NCBI RefSeq assembly: GCF_009914755.1
Contig: NC_060933.1
DNA: 64,000 nt
From: the human T2T-CHM13v2.0 reference genome, Homo sapiens
Reading direction: 5' to 3' (one strand)
The notes beneath the pieces were generated by a model, which ran no database searches, had not been told where the DNA came from, and saw nothing but the letters and a program-made list of their open reading frames with translations. The translations under genes and the position numbers were made by a program. Shown here piece after piece: positions 54,982-64,000 of this stretch. The first letter of the stretch is position 1. Each line of letters begins with the position of its first letter.

Positions 54982-57900
54982 GGAATCTTCCGGAATGGAA
55001 TGGAATGGAATGGAATGGAATGGAATGGAATGGAATGGAATGGAATGGAATAAACCCGAATGCAATGGAATGGAGTGGAATGGAATGGAATGGAATGGAA
55101 CAGCCCGAATGGAATGGAATGTAATAGAGAGTAAGGGAGTTGAATAGAATCAATCCGAATGTAATGGAATGGAATGGAACGGAATGGAATTGAATGGAAT
55201 GGAGTGGAATGCAATGGAATGGAATCAACCCGAGTGCAATGGAATGGAGAGGAATGGAATGGAATGGAATGGAAACTACCCGAATGGAATGGAATGTAAT
55301 GGAGAGTAAGGGAATTGAATAGAATCAATCCGAATGTAATGGAATGGAATGGAACGGAATGGAATGGAATGGAATGGAATGGAATGGAATGGAATGGAAT
55401 CAACCCGAGTGCAATCGAATGGAATCCAATGGAATGGAATGCAATGGAATGGATTCAACTTGAATGGAATGGAAAGAATGGAATCAACACGAGTGGAAGG
55501 GCATGGATTGGAATGCAATGGAATAGAATCAACCCGAGTACAGGGGAATGGAATGGAATGGAATGCAATGGAATGGAATCATCCGTAATGGAATGGAAAG
55601 GAATGGAATGGAATGGAATGGAATGGAATGGAATCAACACGATTGCAATCGAATGGAATGGAATGGAATTAACCCGAATAGAATGGAATGGAATGGAATG
55701 GAACGGAGCGGAACGGAATGGAATGGAATGGAATGGAATGGAACGGAACGGAACGGAATGGAATGGAATGGAATGGAATGGAATGGAAACAACGCGAGTG
55801 CAGGGGAATGGAATGGAATGGAATGCAATGGAATGGAATCTTCCGGAATGCAATGGAATGGAATGGAATGGAATGGAATGGAATGGAATGGAATCAACTC
55901 GATTGCAATCGAATGGAATGGAATGGAGTTAACCCGAATAGAATGGAATGGAATGGAATGGAACGGAACGGAACGGAACGGAACGGAATGGAATGGAATG
56001 GAATGGAATGGAATGGAATGGAATGGAACGGAAAGGAATGGAATGGAACGGAATGGAATGGAATGGAATGGAATGGAATCAACGTGAGTGCAGGGGAATG
56101 GAATGTAATGGAATGCAATGGAATGGAATCTTCCGGAATGGAATGGAATGGAATGGAATGGAATGGAATGGAATGGAATCAACGCGACTGCAGGGGAATG
56201 GAATGGAATGGAATGCAATGGAATGGAATCTTCCGGAATGGAATGGAATGGAATGGAATGGAGTGAAATGCAATGGATTCAACTCGATTGCAATGGAATG
56301 GAATAGAATGGAATGGAATGGAATGGAATGGAATTAACCCGAATAGAATGGAATGGAATGCAATGGAACGGAATGGAACGGAATGTAATGGAATGGAATG
56401 GAATGGAATGGAATGGTATGGAATGGAATGGAATGGTACGGAATAGAATGGACTGTAACGAATTGTAATGGAATGGAATTGAATGGAATGGAATGGAATC
56501 AACGCGAGTGCAGGGGAATGTAATGGAACGGAATGCAATGGAATGGAATCATCCGGAATGGAATGGAATGGAATGGAATGGAAGAGAATGGAATCATCCC
56601 GAGTGCAATGGAATGGAGTGGAATGGAATGGAATGGAATGGAACAACCCGAATGGAATGGAATGTAATGGAGAATAAGGGAGTTGAATAGAATCAATCCG
56701 AATGTAATGGAATGGAATGCAACGGAATGGAATGGAATGGAATGCAATGGAATGCAATCAACCCGAGTACAATGGAATGGAATGGAATGGAATGGAATGG
56801 AATGGAATGCCTTCAAACCGAATGGAATGGAAAGGAATGGAATCAACACGAGTGGAATGGAATGGAATGGAATGGAATGGAACGGAATGGAATGATACGG
56901 AATAGAATGGAATGGAACGAAATGGAATGGAATGGAATGGAATGGAATGGAATAGAATGGAATGGAATGGAATCGTTCCGAGTGGAATAGGAGGGAATGT
57001 ATTCGAGTGGAAGGGAAAGGAATGGAATCAACCAGAGTGGAATGGAAGGGAATGGAATGGAATGGAAACTAATAGAATGGAATCAACCCGAGTGGAATGG
57101 AATGGAAAGGACTGGAATGGAATGGAATGGAATGGAATGGAATGGAATGGAATGGAATCAACTCGATTGGAATGGAATGGAATGGAATGGAATGGAATTA
57201 ACCCGAATACAATGGAATGGAATGGAATGGATCGGAATGAAGTTGAATGGAATGGAATGAACCCGAGTGCAGGGGAATGGAATGGAATGGAATGCAATGG
57301 AATGGAATCATCCGGAATGGAATGGAATGGAATGGAATGCAAAGAAATGGAATCAACTCGATTGCAATGGAATGGAATGGAATGGAAAGGAACACATTGG
57401 AATCAACCCGAGTGGAATGGAATGGAAAGGACTGGAATGGAGTGGAATGGAATGGAATGGAATGGAATGGAATGGAATCAAGTCGATTGGAATGGAATGG
57501 AATGGAATGGAATGGAATTGAATGGAATGGAATTAACCCGAATAGAATGGAATGGAATGGAATGGAACGGAATGGAACGGAATGGAATGGAATGGAATGG
57601 AATGGAATGGAATGGAATGGAATCAACCTGACTGCAGGGGAATGGAATGGAATGGAATGCAATGGAATGGATTCAACGCGAGTGCAGGGGAATGGAATGG
57701 AATGGAATGCAATGGAATGGATTCAACATGAATGGAATGGAAAGAATGGAATCAACACGAGTGTAATGGCATGGATTGCAATGGAATGGAATGGAATCAA
57801 CCCGAGTACAGGGGAATGGAATGGAATGGAATGCAATGGAATGGAATCATCCGTAATGGAATGGGAAGGAATGGAATGGAATGGAATGGAATCAACTCGA

Positions 57901-60900
57901 TTGCAATCGAATGGAATGGAATGGAATTAACCCGAATAGAATGGAATGGAATGGAATGGAACGGAACGGAACGGAACGGAATGGAATGGAATGGAATGGA
58001 ACGGAAAGGAATGGAATGGAATGGAATGGAATGGAATGGAATGGAATGGAATGGAATCAACGCGAGTGCAGGGGAATGGAATGGAATGGAATGCAATGGA
58101 ATGGAATCTTCCGGAATGGAATGGAATGGAATGGAATGGAATGGAATGGAATGGAATGGAATAAACCCGAATGCAATGGAATGGAGTGGAATGGAATGGA
58201 ATGGAATGGAACAGCCCGAATGGAATGGAATGTAATAGAGAATAAGGGAGTTGAATAGAATCAATCTGAATGTAATGGAATGGAATGGAACGGAATGGAA
58301 TTGAAAGGAATGGAATGGAATGCAATGGAATGGAATCAACTCGAGTGCAATGGAATGGAGAGGAATGGAATGGAATGGAATGGAAACTACCCGAATGGAA
58401 TGGAATGTAATGGAGTGTAAGGGAATTGGATAGAATCAATCCGAATGTAATGGAATGGAATGGAACGGAACGGAATGGAATGGAATGGAATGGAATGGAA
58501 TGGAATGGAATGCAATGGAATGGATTCAACTTGAATGGAATGGAAAGAATGGAATCAACACGAGTGGAAGGGCATGGATTGGAATGCAATGGAATGGAAT
58601 CAAACCGAGTACATGGGAATGGAATGGAATGGAATGCAATGGAATGGAATCATCCGTAATGGAATGGAAAGGAATGGAATGGAATGGAATGGAATGGAAT
58701 GGAATGGAATGGAATGGAATCAACACGATTGCAATCGAATGGAATGGAATGGAATTAACCTGAATAGAATGGAATGGAATGGAATGGAACGGAACGGAAC
58801 GGAATGGAATGGAATGGAATGGAATGGAACGGAACGGAACGGAATGGAATGGAATGGAATGGAATGGAATGGAATGGAATCAACGTGAGTGCAGGGGAAT
58901 GGAATGGAATGGAATGCAATGGAATGGAATCTTCCAGAATGCAATGGAATGGAATGGAATGGAATGGAATGGAATCAACTCGATTGCAATAGAATGGAAT
59001 GGAATGGAACTAACCCGAATAGAATGGAATGGAATGGAATGGAACGGAACGGAATGGAATGGAATGGAATGGAATGGAATGGAACGGAAAGGAATGGAAT
59101 GGAACGGAATGGAATGGAATGGAATGGAATGGAATCAACGCGAGTGCAGGGGAATGGAATGTAATGGAATGCAATGGAATGGAATCTTCCGGAATGGAAT
59201 GGAATGGAATGGAATGGAGTCAACCCGAGTGCAATGGAATGGAGTGGAATGGAATGGAATGGAATGGAACAACCCGAATGGAATGGAATGTAATGGAGAG
59301 TAAGTGAGTTGAATAGAATCATTCCGAATGTAATGGAATGGAATGGAACGGAATGGAATGGAATGGAATGGAATGGAATGGAATGGAATCAACCCGAGTG
59401 CAATCGAATGGAATCGAATGGAATGCAATGCAATGGAATGGATTCAACTTGAATGGAATGGAAAGAATGGAATCAACACGAGTGGAATGGCATGGATTGG
59501 AATGGAATGGAATGGAATCAACCCGAGTACAGGGGAATGGAATGGAATGGAATGGAATGGAATGGAATCAACCCGAGTACAGGGGAATGGAATGGAATGG
59601 AATGCAATGGAATGGAATCATCCGTAATGGAATGGATAGGAATGGAATGGAATGGAATGGAATGGAATGGAATGGAATGGAATCAACTCGATTGCAATCG
59701 AATGGAATGGAATGGAATTAACCCAAATAGAATGGAATGGAATGGAATGGAACGGAACGGAATGGAATGGAATGGAATGGAATGGAACGGAACGGAACGG
59801 AACGGAATGGAATGGAATGGAATGGAATGGAATGGAATCAACGCGAGTGCAGGGGAATGGAATGGAATGGAATGCAATGGAATGGAATCTTCCGGAATGG
59901 AATGGAATGGAATGGAATGAAATGCAATGGATTCAACTCGATTGCAATGGAATGGAATAGAATGGAATGGAATGGAATGGAATGGAATTAACCCGAATAG
60001 AATGGAATGGAATGGAATGGAACGGAATGGAACGGAATGGAATGGAATGGAATGGAATGGAACGGAAAGGAATGGAATGGAACGGAATGGAATGGAATGG
60101 AATGGAATGGAATCAACGCGAGTGCAGGGGAATGGAATGTAATGCAATGCAATGGAATGGAATCTTCCGGAATGGAATGGAATGGAATGGAATGGAATGG
60201 AATGGAATGGAATCAACGCGAGTGCAGGGGAATGGAATGGAATGGAATGCAATGGAATGGAATCTTCCGGAATGGAATGGAATGGAATGGAATGGAATGA
60301 AATGCAATGGATTCAACTCGATTGCAATGGAATGGAATAGAATGGAATGGAATGGAATGGAATGGAATTAACCCGAATAGAATGGAATGGAATGCAATGG
60401 AACGGAATGGAATGGAATGGAATGGAATGGAATGGAATGGAATGGAATGGTATGGAATGGAATGGAATGGTACGGAATAGAATGGACTGTAACGAATTGT
60501 AATGGAATGGAATGGAATGGAATGGAATGGAATCAACGCGAGTGCAGGGGAATGTAATGGAACGGAATGCAATGGAATGGAATCATCCGGAATGGAATGG
60601 AATGGAATGGAATGGAATGGAATAGAATGGAATCATCCCGAGTGCAATGGAACGGAGTGGAATGGAATGGAATGGAATGGAACAACCCGAATGGAATGGA
60701 ATGTAATGGAGAGTAAGGGAGTTGAATAGAATCAATCCGAATGTAATGGAATGGAATGCAACGGAATGGAATGGAATGGAATGCAATGGAATGCAATCAA
60801 CCCGAGTACAATGGAATGAAATGGAATGGAATGGAATGGAATGGAACGGAATGGAATGCCTTCAAACCGAATGGAATGGAAAGGAATGGAATCAACACGA

Positions 60901-63249
60901 GTGGAATGGAATGGAATGGAATGGAATGGAATGGAATGGAATGATACGGAATAGAATGGAATGGAACGAAATGGAATGGAATGGAATAGAATGGAATGGA
61001 ATGGAATGGAATGGAATGGAATGGAATGGAATCGTTCCGAGTGGAATAGGAGGGAATGTATTCGAGTGGAATGGAAAGGAATGGAATCAACCAGAGTGGA
61101 ATGGAAGGGAATGGAATGGAATGGAAACTAATAGAATGGAATCAACCCGAGTGGAATGGAATGGAAAGGACTGGAATGGAATGGAATGGAACGGAATGGA
61201 ATGGAATCAACTCGATTGGAATGGAATGGAATGGAAAGGAATGGAATGGAATTAACCCGAATACAATGGAATGGAATGGAATGGATCGGAATGGAGTTGA
61301 ATGGAATGGAATCAACCCGAGTGCAGGGGAATGGAATGGAATGGAATGCAATGGAATGGAATCATCCGGAATGGAATGGAATGGAATGGAATGCAAAGAA
61401 ATGGAATCAACTCGATTGCAATGGAATTTAATGGAATGGAAAGGAATACATTGGAATCAACCCGAGTGGAATGGAATGGAAACGACTGGAATGCAGTGGA
61501 ATGGAATGGAATGGAATGGAATGGAATGGAATCAACTCGATTGGAATGGAATGGAATGGAATGGAATTGAATGGAATGGAATTAACCCGAATAGAATGGA
61601 ATGGAATGGAATGGAACGGAATGGAACGGAATGGAATGGAATGGAATGGAATGGAATGGAATGGAATGGAATCTACATGACTGCAGGGGAATGGAATGGA
61701 ATGGAATGCAATGGAATGGATCCAACTTGAATGGAATGGAAAGAATGGAATCAACACGAGTGGAATGGCATGGATTGGAATGGAATGGAATGGAATGAAC
61801 CCGAGTACAGGGGAATGGAATGGAATGGAATGCAATGGAATGGAATCATCCGTAATGGAATGGAAAGGAATGGAATGGAATGGAATGGAATCAACCCGAT
61901 TGCAATCGAATGGAATGGAATGGAATTAACCCGAATAGAATGGAATGGAATGGAATGGAACGGAACGGAACGGAATGGAATGGAATGGAATGGAATGGAA
62001 CGGAAAGGAATGGAATTGAATGGAATGGAATGGAATGGAATGGAATGGAATGGAATGGAATCAACGCGAGTGCAGGGGAATGGAATGGAATGGAATGCAA
62101 TGGAATGGAATCTTCCGGAATGGAATGGAATGGAATGGAATGGAATGGAATGGAATAAACCCGAATGCAATGGAATGGAGTGGAATGGAATGGAATGGAA
62201 TGGAACAGCCCGAATGGAATGCAATGTAATAGAGAGTAAGTGAGTTGAACAGAATCAATCCGAATGTAATGGAATGGAATTGAACGGAATGGAATTGAAT
62301 GGAATGGAATGGAATGCAATGGAATGGAATCAACCCGAGTGCAATGGAATGGAGAGGAATGGAATGGAATGGAATGGAAACTACCCGAATGGAATGGAAT
62401 GGAATGGAGTGTAAGGGAATTGAATAGAATCAATCCGAATGTAATGGAATGGAATGGAACGGAATGGAATGGAATGGAATGGAATGGAATGGAATGGAAT
62501 GCAATGGAATGGAATCAACCCGAGTGCAATCGAATGGAATCGAATGGAATGGAATGCAATGGAATGGATTCAACTTGAATGGAATGGAAAGAATGGAATC
62601 AACACGAGTGGAAGGGCATGGATTGGAATGCAATGGAATGGAATCAAACCGAGTACATGGGAATGGAATGGAATGGAATGCAATGGAATGGAATCATCCG
62701 TAATGGAATGGAAAGGAATGGAATGGAATGGAATGGAATGGAATGCAATGGAATGGAATCAACACGATTGCAATCGAATGGAATGGAATGGAATTAACCT
62801 GAATAGAATGGAATGGAATGGAATGGAACGGAACGGAACGGAATGGAATGGAATGGAATGGAATGGAACGGAACGGAACGGAACGGAATGGAATGGAATG
62901 GAATGGAATGGAATGGAATGGAATCAACGCGAGTGCAGGGGAATGGAATGGAATGGAATGCAATGGAATGGAATCTTCCGGAATGCAATGGAATGGAATG
63001 GAATGGAATGGAATGGAATGGAATGGAATCAACTCGATTGCAATCGAATGGAATGGAATGGAATTAACCCGAATAGAATGGAATGGAATGGAATGGAACG
63101 GAACGGAATGGAATGGAATGGAATGGAATGGAATGGATCGGAAAGGAATGGAATGGAACGGAATGGAATGGAATGGAATGGAATGGAATCAACGCGAGTG
63201 CAGGGGAATGGAATGTAATGGAATGCAATGGAATGGAATCTTCCGGAAT
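54982..63249. promoter_or_regulatory. Dense cluster of perfect heat-shock elements gGAAtcTTCcgGAAt (13 copies)
   Basis: Starts at 54982, 55835, 56125, 56225, 58103, 58926, 59181, 59884, 60159, 60259, 62107, 62970 and 63235. Confidence 0.65.
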
Positions 63250-64000
63250 GGAATGGAATGGAATGGAATGGAATCAACCCGAGTGCAATGGAATGGAGTG
63301 GAATGGAATGGAATGGAATGGAACAACCCGAATGGAATGGAATGTAATGGAGAGTAAGGGAGTTGAATAGAATCATTCCGAATGTAATGGAATGGAATGG
63401 AACGGAATGGAATTGAATGGAATGGAATGGAATGCAATGGAATGGAATCAACCCGAGTGCAATGGAATGGAGAGGAATGGAATGGAATCGAATGGAAACT
63501 ACCCGAATGGAATGGAATGTAATGGAGTGTAAGGGAATTGAATAGAATCAATACGAATGTAATGGAATGGAATGGAACGGAATGGAATGGAATGGAATGG
63601 AATGGAATGGAATCAACCCGAGTGCAATCGAATGGAATCGAATGGAATGCAATGCAATGGAATGGATTCAACTTGAATGGAATGGAAAGAATGGAATCAA
63701 CACGAGTGGAATGGCATGGATTGGAATGGAATTAAATGGAATCAACCCGAGTACAGGGGAATGGAATGGAATGGAATGGAATGGAATGGAATCAACCAGA
63801 GTACAGGGGAATGGAATGGAATGGAATGCAATGGAATGGAATCATCCGTAATGGAATGGATAGGAATGGAATGGAATGGAATGGAATGGAATGGAATGGA
63901 ATGGAATGGAAAGGAATGGAATCAACTCGATTGCAATCGAATGGAATGGAATGGAATTAACCCAAATAGAATGGAATGGAATGGAATGGAACGGAACGGA
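56000..64000 (+). repeat. Tandem duplication, period about 4.03-4.24 kb, running off the window end
   Basis: Private variants: GACTGTAACG 56451/60485, CAAACCGAGTACATGGG 58601/62645, GATAGG 59635/63859, CCCAAATAG 59722/63961. Confidence 0.85.

Larger units (their letters stand above)
29831..64000 (-). repeat. HSat3 array, inverted orientation ((GAATG)n on the + strand)
   Basis: Same backbone and words in reverse complement (AATCAACCCGAG, AATTAACCCGAATAG, AATCAACTCGATTGC) from 29831 to the window end. No second strand switch seen. Confidence 0.98.

Noticed and set aside
1-59660. Perfect giant palindrome or fold-back read artefact centred on 29833
   Set aside because: Word order is not symmetric about the junction beyond about 55 bp. 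Cross-arm matches have other centres (about 17.9k and 26.5k) and carry differences.
22-63960. Hundreds of ORFs (MEWNG / IPFHS repeats) as protein-coding genes
   Set aside because: (CATTC)n and (GAATG)n contain no stop codon in any frame and GAATG supplies an ATG every 5 bp. The ORFs overlap in all six frames and show no domain content.
1-64000. CRISPR-like repeat-spacer array
   Set aside because: The spacers are low-complexity pentamers and the words recur many times. There are no unique spacers, leader or cas genes.
1-64000. Yq12 DYZ1 (about 3.5-kb period) or another fixed-period HSat3 array
   Set aside because: No stable period is present; local periods vary from about 2.5 to 5.4 kb and the words resemble the chr9 type.
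29831-64000. Telomeric repeat or canonical G-quadruplex tract
   Set aside because: There is no TTAGGG array. G-runs are mostly GG with isolated GGG/GGGG that do not form four close runs.

Overview
The whole 64 kb window is human classical satellite III (HSat3): a (CATTC)n/(GAATG)n backbone punctuated by a small recurring set of divergent 10-30 bp 'words'. One word string (for example 37358-37500) matches, from memory, the chromosome 9 SatIII clone pHuR98, so this is probably the 9q12 HSat3 array (subfamily B5). I found no genes, RNA genes, transposons or CRISPR arrays, and every ORF in the track is a by-product of the stop-free pentamer. Four features stand out. (1) A single sharp strand switch at 29831-29835 with a 5-bp ACGGA microhomology; the junction forms an immediate hairpin, but the arms are not mirror copies about it. 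(2) Kilobase-scale tandem duplications with periods of about 2.5, 5.43, 3.19 and 4.0-4.2 kb. (3) Inverted paralogous blocks shared between the two arms. (4) About 43 perfect three-unit heat-shock elements (nTTCnnGAAnnTTCn), unevenly distributed because a single-base GAA/GAT polymorphism has been spread by the duplications. All coordinates and counts were made by eye and block boundaries are approximate.
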